NCBI GenBank assembly: GCA_049999805.1
Contig: JBNGIO010006348.1
Location: 29,821-93,820 of the forward strand
Source: Folioceros fuciformis
Lineage: Eukaryota
Reading direction: 5' to 3'
Length of the DNA stretch: 64,000 nucleotides
Positions 50,750 through 63,492 of the stretch are shown in pieces. The notes below the pieces were generated by a model. That model did not search any database. It was given only the letters and a program-made list of their open reading frames with translations, and had not been told where the DNA came from. Numbering within the stretch: the stretch's first letter is position 1; each line of letters begins with the position of its first letter. Both the position numbers and the translations under genes were made by a program.

Positions 50750-51105
50750 CGTCATTCAGTGGTTTTGCATTCTTGTACCAAGGTCTTATCCTCGGGAGGG
50801 GCTGGGCACCTGTAAGCCGGAGGTCAATGATGTGTTCGCGGATAGCTCTCATCATGAAGTCGTAGCCATTGCAGGTCAAGGTCTTGAGTGAACGCCAGGT
50901 TCAAGCTAAACGTCCCAATGGCAAAGTATGTATCTGGCTTTGCCCATTTGAATGTATCCTTACGGGTGGCCATGGACCTTTTGATCTGGTGGATGCGGTG
51001 TCATAAGATGGTTTCTTCCAAAACTCCTCATGTCAAAGCCTTTATCTCAAACGCTGGATCATCGTTATCCACGTCGACGCGTCCGTGGACAGCTTTGAAT
51101 GACCG

Positions 51106-52855
51106 ATGATTGCCATGGTTTCCACGATTGCACCTGGGTCTCCGGCGTTCAGTGCATTCCACTCACAGCCCAGGATCAGAGTTTCGGCTTCTATCTCTGG
51201 CAGACTGCGGGTTTCTGGCCATGAGTCCAAGGCAGCACAGGGTGGATACCCACGGGGCGGGAGAGGTTTTGGGAGAAGGCTTGTGCTGCAGGCCCCGGTG
51301 TGGTTTTCCTTAGCTGGTTTATGTGGCGTTGGTGCGGAGCATTCACATGCCGTGGTCCCTGCAAACATCGATCTCGGGAAAGCTCCTAAACGCGCTTTTG
51401 ATCCAGCGGATGGAAGGCTGAGGGATGCTGCCACTGTGTTCGAAAAGGCGCTGGATGCACCCACGGTACGTAGGTCGAGAATCAGCATGCCCTTCCTCGC
51501 TGGTAGCTGTTTGCTAGTGGACTGGAGCCACATTGGTGCGTACTGCAGATTGAGGAAGAGGAAAGACTCTGGACAGAAGTCATCGACAAGTATGGAGAGA
51601 TTGAAGCGGAGTGGGTTCCTGACATTCTCTCCAGAGCGTGGGGGAACCGCGGGAACTGCCGCAGTCGCCAGGTTAGAGTCAATGTCGGCAGAATTGGGGT
51701 TTGAGACGGATTTTTGAACGTGCTTCCCACCGGTGGCTGAGTAGTCGGAGTGCCTTGATGCTATTTAGCTGTTCAGGGAAAAATGGAGCAAGCCCTACAG
51801 GATTTCGACCGATCTATCGAGCTAGCACCGTAAGGCCTCCTTGTCCTGAATTTTGATGCTCTCAAGTGGCGGGGTCTGGGGCGCCTTCTCAAAAAATTGT
51901 TCGCCAAGAACTGACGAAGCTGCCAATGCTGCAGTTATGCAGTAGATCCTGTCCTGAACCGCGGGGTTGTGCTGGAGAGCCTTGGACGCTACGATGAGGC
52001 CGTTGCTGACTACAAGGCCGTCCTCTCTGTCCAGCCAAATGATCCTGCTGCCCTCAACAACTTGGGCAACGTGCTGGTAAGCTGCAGCATCTCACGTACC
52101 CCACAATTCTGAAGGCTGATCTCGCACCCTTGCTGGAACTCCAATCCCTGCTTTCTCTGGTAACAATCACAAAAGCCCCTAGCTCGAAGTGCAGTATTTT
52201 TCGGTGTTTGCAGGCTGCCATGAGCAAATGGGATGAAGCCATCTCCACTTATCGCAGAGCTGCTCAACTGGCTCCCGAGTTCTCATTTGCAGCTGCGAAT
52301 TGTGCTCTGGTTGGTATATCTTCTTACTATACAGAGACCAGCTATTGAACGCAGACCTGCCTTTCCCTCTCACTCGAGTTCCGCTCATCTACATGCGCTG
52401 GTTGCAACCTGACTCAAGCAGGCGCTCTATCAAGTTGGTCGGGACAACGAGGCTATCCGCCAGTTTCGCTCTCTTCTAAGAAGATACCCTCAGGTACACT
52501 TCATCTCACAGCTCTAAAGCTCTCCCTACCACTACCTTCTAACCAAGCCACACTCCCTAAAAGACCCAGTTGGTTGTCACAGTTTCCGGACATGAGAGCA
52601 GCTCTAGCGGTATCCTTGTACGCGCAGGGGCTGACTGCCGAAGCAGAAAATAACTGGGGTCGTCTGGAGGTACATCCACACATCTCCTCTAACTCGGTTG
52701 CCATCCCGGTTTCCTTCCTGCTCTGACACAAAGTCATGGTTCCCTGTGGCCAGGACGGGAGATACAGGGACAGGAACTGGGTCCGAGACACCAGGAGATG
52801 GCCTCCACGCCTCGTAACCGCACTGGAGGCCTTTCTGGATGTGAAACCAAACTAA
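51106..52855 (+). CDS. Plastid-targeted TPR protein of cyanobacterial type, multi-exon
   Basis: Transit-peptide-like N-terminus, AWGNRGN.RSR, DPVLNRGVVLE, ALNNLGN, APEFSFAAAN.AL, FPDMRAAL, RYRD..W...RRWPP. Confidence 0.8.
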
Positions 52856-54315
52856 ACGAGAAGTCATACGGCACACTGTTTTGGCAGACACTGTGTCTGA
52901 TACACTCTCGCACCTCCTAGAGCACTGGAATCACAGCCGAATCAGGGCTCCCACTGTCGCCACGGCACCTAATTCTCTATTCAGGGCTGCCGTTTTCCAG
53001 AAGCAGATGCGAATCCGCCACCACAGATCCCAGCTTCCTTTTCCCGCAACGCTACAGCGTCACGGGGGCGCGATGAGACATTGCCCGCCCTAAGAAGTCC
53101 TCAAGAACGACACGGCCAGGCCAGTTGACGAAGCCCTCCCCCCCGGCTGCCCTAAACCCTCGTTTGGCAGCGAGGTGCCCGGCAGTAGATGCCGGAGCAG
53201 CTGAAGCTACGTAAGGCACGGCACAAGCTCCAAGAAGACAAACAAAGTTTGGCGCTGTAGACATGCCTGGTGTGGACACGTTGAAGCATAGTCGCCAGGC
53301 AGCCAACTCCTAGGAGCCCGCAGCCAAGTATTATGGCCATGGAAAATGGCATGTTCTGCGCAATTCCTCACAAAATGCTGGACGAGCGTCACGACACGAC
53401 CGCATGGACCTGGCAAGCAAAACCCCCTTCGAAGCCAGGTCCGCATCACAACCCTGTCAGCCCGCCATTCTACACCGCAAGCGCGGGCCCATGGAAGGGT
53501 GGTGAGATCTATGGGGTGCGCTCAGGAATGGGAAATTGGTGACGCTCCTCTTGGTCTCATGCTCCCCTTGCCCTGATCCTCCGAGTACCCTGATGCTCTT
53601 CCCGCCCTGGTGCTCGGCTCCAAGGTTTGCAAAGCCGCACTTTCTCTTACAGAAAGCTCATTGTTTAATCTAATGTAGGCTTGCAAAGACAACAAGCCGA
53701 ACAGGAATTATTATAATTATCTTCGTATTATAATTCAATGATTATAATAAGAAGATCGTAGTGTAGACTACATGAATCCACAATGTTTACACAGGAATCA
53801 GATCATCCAGGCCCGGACCATCGTCAAATGGACCTCGTTGGAGAAAGATGGTCGTGTATTCAAGCTTTTCCAGTTAGAAGAAAGGAGGCACACGTGGAGG
53901 CGGAGGGCATGGCATATGTATGTTCGACAGGTGCGGAAACAAAAGGCGTGAGGACGGGAGCATTCGTAGATTCGATGAAGGATGTCACGGGTCGAGGAGA
54001 AGAGAACATTAAGTGCTGGGGATGGCCTGTGATACCTTGTCGTTTTCAGGCACTGTATCGGCTTCCCAGCCAGATTTTTCTCTAAACCCGGATTCCATTG
54101 CTGGTCACTGTGGGCTAAGTGGCTGCCTTGTGTGGGGTCTACTGCTGCGGGATGGGCTCTACTTAAGGAGTCCTACTTGCTGCCGTACTTCAAAGCTCGT
54201 GCTCAGCATTGGAGACGAAGCTCACAGCTCAAGCTCAAGCTCAAACTCAAGCTCGAGGAGTGCGGAGTGACAAGCTAAGTGCACTGCAGCTGCAGCAGCA
54301 GTGAGTGCAGACAAC

Positions 54316-56876
54316 ATGGCACTTCTCTTGCCCTCTCAGCTCCAGCAGAGTCAGGTGGCCAAGGTGTCGTACATCGGCTCCTTGAAGCAATCGGAGGCGC
54401 TGCGCGGGCGACGCCGCCGGTCCTGCAAAATCAGAGCGGAAGGTGTGGGTGAGAGCCAGGGGCACTCTGCAGACCAGGCCGCGAGCTTCACTCCGGCGCC
54501 AAAGCCTGTGGACCGGAAGGGGGCGGTGAATCGAGCTGTGGTGGCCGAGAGAGTTGGAGGTGTTGAGGCGCGGCAGGAGGAGAGGTATCCTGGGTATGCT
54601 TCCTGGAACACTGTCAAGCAGCCGAGATGGGAAGGGGAGCTGGAACTGCAGGGAGAAATCCCGAAGTGGCTGGTACGTGACTTTTGTGGAGGTTAAGTAG
54701 GTGTCTTGAAGAAGGCGTGTCGTGAATTGAAGCGGGCTCAGGTTTGCGGTCTTGGTTGCTGATGCAGAGTGGAACGTATCTCCGAAACGGGCCTGGAAGC
54801 TGGAAGACTGGGAACAGGGAATTTGAGCACTTGTTCGACGGGTGAGTGGTGGAACTTTGCTTCTGACATCTGGTGGCTGCAATCTTCATTTCCTTCGGTA
54901 GGGAGTGATGGAGTGTGCGATGTGATCGGCCGCCATCCAGGTACTCAACCCTCGTCCGCCTCCACTTCGACAACGGGAAGCTGGTATGCGGGCACGCGCA
55001 GCTGCAATCGGAGGCATATAAGCAGGCCACCGACAAGCAGCGCCCCATGTACCGAGAATTCAAGGCTGTCCCGGACGGGAACGTGTTCGAGCGGATAACT
55101 GAGCTCGCCGGGATGGCCACGGGCCACACTCTCACCGACAACGCTAACACGGGAGTCATCATGTAAGCTGCCTGCATCCTGCACTCCTACAGCACGCCAC
55201 GCCACCCCACGCTACGGCCACATTCTTCAAGCTTGAAACATTCGTGCTTGAAACTGATTCTTGATGCAGGCTCGGAGACGGACGAGTCCTGTGCTTGACG
55301 GAGACCATGAAAGGGACCATTCAGATTGATCCAAACACGCTGGAAACCATGGGAAAATTCACATACGAGGACGGATTCCAGGTCCTACTCTCGGACTGCC
55401 TTCTTCCATGCTGCTGCACAGCGCCAGCAAACACACCTCCTACTCTAGTCCTAAGGCTTTTTTTTCTCTCATCCATACATTTGAATGGGTGGCCGCAGGG
55501 ACTCGTGCACTCCGCTCATCCCTACGTAGACTCCAAGGAATTCATCACGCTGCTGCCGGACCTGATCAACCCTGGCTACACCGTCGTGCGCATGCCCGCC
55601 GGATCAAACACCAGGCAGCTTATTGGCAGGGTGAGCCACAACACCTCTTCCACCTTCCTCACTGTGTTCCTCACGGCTTGGACCGCATGCGGCAACACTT
55701 TCTTCATTTCTTTTGGCGCTCCGTCCAGGTCCCATGCAAGGGCAAGGGCGCCCCGGGATGGGTGCACTCCTTCGCCGTGACGGAGAACTACATCGTGGTA
55801 CCGGAGATGCCACTGCGCTACTCCGCCATGAACCTCCTCAAGAGCGAGCCCTGCCCGTACTACAAATTCGAGTGGCTCCCTGACAGCGGAGCCTACATGC
55901 ACATCCTCAACAGGAAAACCGGCGTCCTGGTAACAAATTCTGCCACGCCTCTCCAATGCTCTTCCACTTCTCACCCGCCCTTCCCCGTCCCTCACTCCAC
56001 CACACTTGCTCAGGAAGCGTCAGTGGAAGTTCCACCTTTCGTCACCTTCCACTTCATCAACGCGTACGAGGAGCCCGCGGAGGACGGCAAGCCCGCGAGA
56101 GTGATCGCGGACTGTTGCGAGCACTACGCTAACCCTGTCATTCTCCAGCGCCTGGAACTCCATGAGCTCCGAGCTTTCCCCGGCAAGGTTCTTCCCGACG
56201 CCAGGTACCGTACCACATTCCATCCCTCCCTCCTCCTCCTCTTCCTCCTCTTCCTCCTCCTCCTCCTCCTCCTCCTCCGCTCTTGTCATAAGTGCATGGA
56301 CTCACCCTTTCCAAACCGCATGAATCCGCAGGGTTGGGAGGTTCACCATCCCGCTCGACGGGTCCAGCAAGGGCACATTGGACGCGGCTGTGCCGCCAGA
56401 CGCGCACGGCAGGGGCCTGGACATGAACACTATCAACGACAGCTTCAAGTCCAAGAAATATCGTTACGTCTACGCATCTGGAGCACACCGCCCTTGCAAC
56501 TTCCCTAACAACCTAGTGAAGGTGGATTTGGTGGACAAGAGCGCCAAGACGTGGTACCACGACGGCGGCATCCCCACTGAGCCATTCTTCGTTCCAAGGC
56601 CCGGCGCGACCGAAGAAGACGACGGTTTGTACTCCCAACCGAGCCCCCTTCCACCCCGAGCCAAAACGGAACGGGACCAAAGCCCTGCAGGCTCTCAGCA
56701 CACTCTACCGTTCCGTTTCACTGTGCGCAGGCGTGGTTATATCCCTTGTGAGCGACGACAGCGGCGGCGGCTTCGTCATCCTCTTCGATGGCCAGACGTT
56801 CGAGGAGATCGCCCGAGGGGACCTGCCCTACGGCCTGCCCTACGGACTGCATGGATGTTGGGTGCCAACCAAGTGA
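54316..56876 (+). CDS. CCD8: Carotenoid cleavage dioxygenase 8 (strigolactone biosynthesis), 9 exons
   Basis: WEGELELQGEIPKWL, GTYLRNGPG, HLFDGY, LTDNANTGV, HSAHP, PGWVHSF, TFHFINAYEE, GAHRPCNFPN, EPFFVPRPGATEEDDG, PYGLPYGLHGCW. All four iron-binding His motifs are present. Confidence 0.96.
56225..56278. repeat. (CCT/CTT)n microsatellite in a CCD8 intron
   Basis: A run of CCT units with two CTT interruptions. Confidence 0.9.
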
Positions 56877-57223
56877 TTGCGGAATGGCCAAGCGTGCCGC
56901 CGTCACCTTTGTTTCTAATGTACATTTGTCGTATTTGGCTTCAAAGTTATCATAGTTTGTTAGACCCAATCGGGTCGTCTTTTTGTCTTAGAAATTTGAG
57001 AAAACTTCGATTTATGGATTTTATACTAAGTTTTTTTTTCTTTTTTCCCTTTGGAGGAGTTAGCATGTGCTTACAAAAATTGTATCACATGTACTTTGAT
57101 TATTAATAATACATAGTTCTTTATTCATCTATTCTCAAGATAGTCAATTGAGACATTCTGAAATAAGGTTGGTGAGGGAAGCTCAGAACTATGTTGGGTC
57201 TCTAGCTCTAGCTAGAACTCATA

Positions 57224-57525
57224 TGTAATTTCTTACAAAAATATTCAAAAATGGCTTATTATTGAGACTTATCACTATAAGTTCACCAAGAGTTGAATGG
57301 CGAGTCTTTTCGACCCTATGCTCACATGGCATGAGGTGAGTCCTCCAACTTTTCATGAGATGCGAAAGAAAAAAGAGAAAAGAGAAGTTGTAGCTCCAAC
57401 AGCCGAATGGCCTCAACCCTCTATCTCATTTGTTTGTTAATGAGTTTTTTCAAGAAGGCTTTCATCCTTGGGCAAGCATTGCCTATGGTTATGGACCCGT
57501 TGGTGGCAATAGTTCCATGAGGCCA
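57224..57525. repeat. Copy A of an approximately 300-bp diverged direct repeat (copy B at 59000-59296)
   Basis: Colinear similarity from TGYAATTTC to GAGGCCA, e.g. AGACTTATCACTATAAGT, GTCCTCCAACTTTTCATGAGATG, CCCTCTATCTCATTTGTTTGTTAA. Confidence 0.92.
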
Positions 57526-58480
57526 AAACTGAAGTTCAATATGAGTACCCACTTGCTCTCGGATGAAATGGTATTATTGTATGTCGATATACTTTGTCCT
57601 TGAGTGATATTTGGGATCCTTCTCTAGTGCCATGCTGCCCTAGCTATTAATATACACCACTATAGGGGAGGGTTGCTCGAATCCTAAGCCTTTTACAAAA
57701 GCTTGAAACCATATAACTTCTTTGCTAACCATTGTCAAAGACATACATTCAACTTCACTACTAGAGAGGGCTACGGTTGGTTGCTACTTGGACTTCCAAC
57801 TGATTGCTCCTCCGTCCAACTTAAAGACATACCTTGAAGTTTATCACCTATCGCTTAAGTTACCTCCCTAATCAGCATGTGACATTATGTTTGTGCCCAA
57901 CCAAAACATTGGAAGCTCCAACTAGAAGGTTAGGCCCAACTCCTACTATCAACTGTAGATCCTTAGTACCTTGTAAGTATCGAAAAACAAGTTTTACTAC
58001 AGCCTAGTGCTCAAGAGCAGGATTGCTAACAAACTACGAAACATAGCTAATTGAGGACCCTAGGTCACCACGAGTCATCAAACAATAAACAAGGCTGCCC
58101 ACAACACTTTGATAAGGCACTTAGGCCATGAACTCTTGCTCCTCATAGCTAAGGGGATGAAGTCTCTACATAAGCTTGTTACCAATTATGGGCAAGTGTT
58201 TGCCCATAATCCACACCAGAAAGTTAGGCATACCCTTTTGCCACAAGAGGAGCCTTGTATCTTGAGATACTTCCATCAAAAGCACGCTTGAGTTTTAAAA
58301 CCCATTTGCACCCCCACTACTTCTTGACCTTCAAGGAGGTCAACCAACTTCCATGTCCCCTTCTTAATGAGAGCATCATACTCAGCTTCAATAGCATGCT
58401 TCCATGCTTCCACATCAGGGTAGTTCAAAGCTTTTGCAAGAGTCAAGGTTCTAGGTCTAATACATCATCTACATATGTTT
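57526..58480 (-). mobile_element. Decayed Ty1/copia RT-RNase H fragment
   Basis: Minus strand reads YVDDV (about 58475-58460), RYLQGT, and ISWKSK*QPTVALSSSEVE...HSRTKYIDIQ. Many stops. Confidence 0.88.
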
Positions 58481-58540
58481 GCAAACTCTCAAGAGCTTTC
58501 TATGATGCTTTCCACCACGAGTGCTCCACCAGCAAAGGCA

Positions 58541-58717
58541 GTTGGAGGTGAAGTTGGGCTAGGGCTACCATCATGGATATCTTCCTATTCATTGCATAAC
58601 AGTTGGAGCTGAAGTTGGGCTAGGGCTACCATCATGGCTATCTTCATGTTCATGACATAACAGTTGGAGGTGAAGTTGGGCTAGGGCTGCCATCATCGCT
58701 ATATTTCTATTCATGGC
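58541..58717. repeat. 61-bp tandem repeat x3 (GTTGGAGSTGAAGTTGGGCTAGGGCTRCCATCAT...)
   Basis: Units start at 58541, 58602 and 58663. Adjoins the copia fragment. Confidence 0.9.
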
Positions 58718-58999
58718 AGATGTTAAGAGGTTGCTCAATAGGCTATTCCAATCCATCCAAATGAGAATCCTAACTGTGTGAGATACCTCCAGACTGCTAC
58801 ACAAGACACGTCGCTAGATGATGATTAAGAGATGAACGAACACTTATACTGGTTGGTGCTAGTGATCACAACACAATGCACATGGGCAACCATGTGCTCG
58901 CCTATGATTAGCACCCATGTGCCTACTATACTTATTGCCTAAAGAAGGAAGCCTATGTTAACGCTGTTCAACAGAGCCCTTGCTAAAGCCCAGCGCAGA

Positions 59000-59296
59000 T
59001 GCAATTTCTCACAAAAATATTCGAAAATGTCTTATTATTAAGACTTATCACTATAAGTCCACCACGAGCTGAAAGCGAGTCTTTTCGATCCTACGCTCAC
59101 ATGTCATGAGGGCGGGTCCTCCAACTTTTCATGAGATGGGAAAGGGAAAAGAGAAGCTGTAGCTCCCATAGCCGAATGACCTCGGCCCTCTATCTCATTT
59201 GTTTGTTAACGAGTTTTTTCAAGAAGGCTTTTATCCTTTGGCAAGCATTGGCTATATGGTCGTGGACCCGTTGGTGACAGTAGTTCCGTGAGGCCA
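59000..59296. repeat. Copy B of the direct repeat; forms the sequence immediately upstream of the RF3 start codon
   Basis: Similarity to copy A ends at the A of the ATG at 59296. Confidence 0.92.
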
Positions 59297-62200
59297 TGGC
59301 TGCGATCGGAGCTCTGGCTCCTTCGCAGTTACTCGTATCTCCGTCTTCGTGCAAGCTATACGAGAACAGATACAAGGTTGCTGCCGGCTGCAGTGGCGCA
59401 TGTCAGTCCAGGAGAATTGCCGGAGGACTAGTGCTCCATGTGGATGTGACAGAGAGGAGGCCGTGGCGGAGAAAATGCGTGTTTCTGGAAGCCGCACCTG
59501 TGACGGATGTGCGGCCAGACGAGGAGGCTGCGGAAGGGAGCTGGGACGATGAGCATGCCAGGAACGAGGAGGGAGCTCTGGCTCAAATCCACACGGAGGT
59601 AGAGGGCCGGGAGGATCCAGCAGTGCAGAAGTTGGAGAGTGACGGCGACCGGCTAGGGTCGGGAGGAGATAAAGGCAATGAGGATGGGGATTTGCTTTCT
59701 CCTCAAGCTCTGGCCAGGGAGGTGGCTAGAAGGCGCAACTTCGCCATCATTTCTCATCCTGATGCGGGAAAAACTACTCTTGTAAGCTGAGAGTTTTGAG
59801 GATGTGACTGGAATCTGGTGCCGTTGGAGTTTCACCGGGTTCACTTTTACGATGTGTGGAGCAGACTGAGAAGCTGCTTCTCTATGGAGGAGCGATTCAG
59901 GAAGCAGGTGCTGTGAAGGCCAGGAGGTCTGCTCGTCATGCAACTTCTGATTGGATGGAGCTCGAGAAACAGAGAGGTGAGAGGAGGTTGTCACCGTTGC
60001 CAGTGTGTGGTGGCTGCGAGGAAGCTTGCGGGTATGCGGAAGCTGATTCCTTTGTTTTATTTTTTCTGTTTGGTTAAGGTAGGTATATCAATCACGTCAA
60101 CGGCGATGGTTTTTGAAACGAAGGGATATCAGATTACGCTGCTCGACACTCCGGGGCATCAGGTTCGTTCACTCGCTCAGGGTCGGTCCTGTACGCGCGC
60201 TGAGTGCTTTTCTGGAAGCAGGGTAGTGCCTCTGGTAAAGGAGAGCTTTCTGAGGACCGGGTGTGGCACTGTTGCAGGATTTCGGAGAGGATACTTACAG
60301 GTGAGCCTGTACGCCTGGCTCTGCACTTGGCAATGTAGGCCATCTGTGGTGTTCACTGTGTTCACATTGTTTGTGTACAATTTGAGCATTTTGCAGGACG
60401 CTTGCAGCTGCAGATAACGCTGTCATGTTGGTGGATGGGGGCAAAGGGCTGGAGCCACAAACAAGGAAGCTGTTTGAGGTAAGTTGGATAAGAGGAATAG
60501 CAGCAAAATTGGGGCAATAAGAGGACTCGTGTCTTGTTGATGAACTGATGGGCATTCCTGATTCTCCTGACAGGTTTGCAGAATGCGTAAGCTGCCAATA
60601 TTTACTTTCATGAATAAGATGGACCGTCCTGCCTTAGCGCCATTGGAGCTCCTAGATCAAATTGAAAAGGAGTTTGGTCTTGCTACCTATCCGATGAACT
60701 GGCCGATTGGATCAGGTGACAGGTATGCAGAGGATTGCCACTGCTGGCGCGCATGCCTTTGGTGTCATTTAGCAGCTGGTCTTCTGAGGGCAGGTCACAT
60801 AACTGGGCCACGAATGAATGCAGGTTCTTGGGTGTTGTCCACAGACCTCGTCAAGAAGTTCATCTCTTTGATAAGGGCGAAAAACATGGAACGAAAGAAG
60901 CAATAGTGCAAGTAATCCCCTGGGGTGATTCTCGTCTTGAGGAGATTATTCCAGGAGATCTCTTCCAACAACTGAAGGTATAGCATGCATTATGGTTGGC
61001 CTTGGTTTTCCAGCTTCTTTTGTGAAATGTGCTGAAAGTTTCATTTCCTCAGGAGGAGATTGAGCTTCTGGAGGAGCTGACACCACCATTGGACTTGAAT
61101 CTTGTGCATTCTGGAGATTTGTCCCCAGTTTTCTTTGGTAGTGCAATGAACAATTTTGGGGTAAGATTGCTATTTCCTGCTGTCGAACTCTACAGTCAAT
61201 TGAGGATGATTTGGGCATTGACTTTCCTTCGGATCTACATGCCTTTTGTAAAGGAGGGTTCATGTGTCGTATATTTTTCAGGTTGAGCTCTTCTTAGATA
61301 GCTTCCTTGAGTGTGCCATTCGACCAGGCAAGCATCATAGTGACGCGGGAGAGGTCCTCCCTGAGTATCCCCACTTCACGGGCTTTGTCTTCAAGGTAAC
61401 ATTGCTGTGCATTCCATGGCCGTTCCCTTGTCAGGTGGAGTGTCCTTGCTAGAGATGCATTTGTTTTGACCTAGCAGTGCTGTGGAGTGCTATAAGTCAC
61501 GGTGAGGCAATGACCCTGCAGGCAGATAGAACGATGGTGAGATATCGTTTCAGGTCTCAAGGCCATGAGCCAATACACATCCTGATTGGTTCTCGTCAAC
61601 GTTGTCCCTGGCATTTTATCTTTTGAAGGGTAGAGCCGACTTAAAAAGTCTGAGTCTAAGATGCATCTAATCTGGGGTCTCTCTTTGGAGACAATGGCAG
61701 CTCCAATGAGAGCATAGGAAAGAGCCCAACACAATTGTTTTGGCAGAGTTTGGCGAATGTTTTTGCTGATACCACCTCATTGAGCGTCCCAAGTCTGGCG
61801 ATGTTAGCATCGTGATATCTTTGGTCAACAATCGTTGGAGGCTCTGACGCACTTGAGTGTTTTACGAATTGAAGGATGATGCAATTCGAGGATCATGTTT
61901 AGAAAATTTCTTGTGACTTGGGGTTCCGTAATCCTTGCTTATGGTTCTTACCTAAGTCTGTTGTTGTCCACATGGTGGATTCAGTTGCAAGCGAATATGG
62001 ACCCAAAGCATAGAGACAAGGTTGCCTTTGTAAGGGTCTGTTCAGGTTTGGACTCGTTCTCGCACCGCTGTCCTTGGGCATTGGAGGGCCTTGAACACAG
62101 TACTGACCACCTGTTTCTGACAGGTCAGTTCAGTAAAGGCATGAAAGTCCAGCTTGCTCGAACAGGCAAAGTATTGTCGTTAACAAGACCACAGAAAATG

Positions 62201-63285
62201 TTTGCACAAGATCGCTCTACTGTTGAAACTGGTTTTGCGGGGGATGGTAGGTACTTGGGCTCGTCCTTGCCAATGACTTCAGATGTTTGCGCATGTCTGG
62301 CTGTGGATGGTCTTTGACTTGGTTCCCTCGGGCCAGTGATTGGATTGAACAACCCAAATGCCTTCTGCATTGGCGACACGCTGTACACTGGCCCAAGGAG
62401 GACTTTCCCAGGAATCCCATCGTTTTCTCCGGAACTGTTCTGTTACATGAGGAACCCAAATCCATCGAAGTACAAGCAGTTCCAGAAGGGGATAAATGAG
62501 TTGCTCGGTGAAGGTGCTGTACAGGTGCGTCTTTGTGAGGACCACGTTCTAGGTTCAGGCAGGTGAATATGCAAAGCTTGTCCTTCAGTGGTAAGCTATG
62601 AAAGCGGTGTACGTTGAGTGCTTTCTCAATATTTGGCTATTTGTTTTACGGCAGGCACTGTTTTCCGTTGATTCTGGAAGAACTGATCCAATTTTGGCAG
62701 CGGTGGGGCAGCTGCAATTTGAGGTATCCACATCGGTTCCGTCCCTTAAGGATAGTTTCCCTTGAAACTGGGATATGAAATTATGCGTTTGGCTGCAGGT
62801 GGTACAGTACCGCATGCAGAGTGAATACAACGTAGAGACCCAACTTGAGCCTCTTGGATTCAGTGTGGCACGGTGGGTGTCTGGAGGTTGGCCCGCCCTC
62901 GAGAGAGTCGGCAAAATCTACAACTGTGCAACGGTGAAGGATCGGGTTAGTCTATGTGGGATTCTGTCATTCACTGATTGTTAGCCTTGTAGCCTTCGGG
63001 AAAGCGTCCAGGTTCTGAGGCACTGTTTTTAATTTGATGCAGTGGGGGCGCCCTGTTTTGCTATTTCGAAATGAATGGAATGTAACTCAGCTACTGGTTC
63101 GTTCCATCCCACGTGTTTCCCACCATAAAATCTTCGAAGCTATGGCTATGGCACAAGTTGGAATACACTCGTACACGCTGGATGATGGTCTGACTTGTTG
63201 CACTTTTCCCTGACAGGGTGATCATCCAGAGATAGGTGAACTAGCTCCCTACGCTCTTCCTCCGGAGGAGCCTGTCCGGAGATAA
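59296..63285 (+). CDS. prfC: Bacterial-type peptide chain release factor 3 (class II RF GTPase), organelle-targeted, many introns
   Basis: [124 protein letters not shown]-terminal extension of about 140 aa. Confidence 0.95.
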
Positions 63286-63492
63286 TGTACGAAATGGGCT
63301 CAGGTTGTTGGTGATGGTTGCTTAGTCATGCTAGCATCCTCAAAAGGAAAATTTACGTGGTCCTACTTCCCCCAAGATTTAAGGTGGGTTAGCGATCTCT
63401 CCCAATACTCCTCAACACCCTTCTATCTACTCTCAGGAGTGTTCAGCGTCATCGGAAAGTACCTCCTGATTTGACAAGGGATCACTTACAAT

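Noticed and set aside
52900-53600. GC-rich stretch with short ORFs that might be a gene relic
   Set aside because: Could not be assigned to any family in six frames.
53900-53925. P1BS phosphate-response element upstream of CCD8
   Set aside because: GCATATGT does not match GNATATNC on either strand.
57224-59296. Intact copia element with paired LTRs
   Set aside because: No gag or integrase, RNase H is truncated against the repeat, and no PBS, PPT or TSD is visible. Kept only as one hypothesis in the findings.
51106-63285. Recent HGT or bacterial contamination as the source of the TPR and prfC genes
   Set aside because: Both carry many spliceosomal introns and transit-peptide-like extensions, consistent with endosymbiotic origin.
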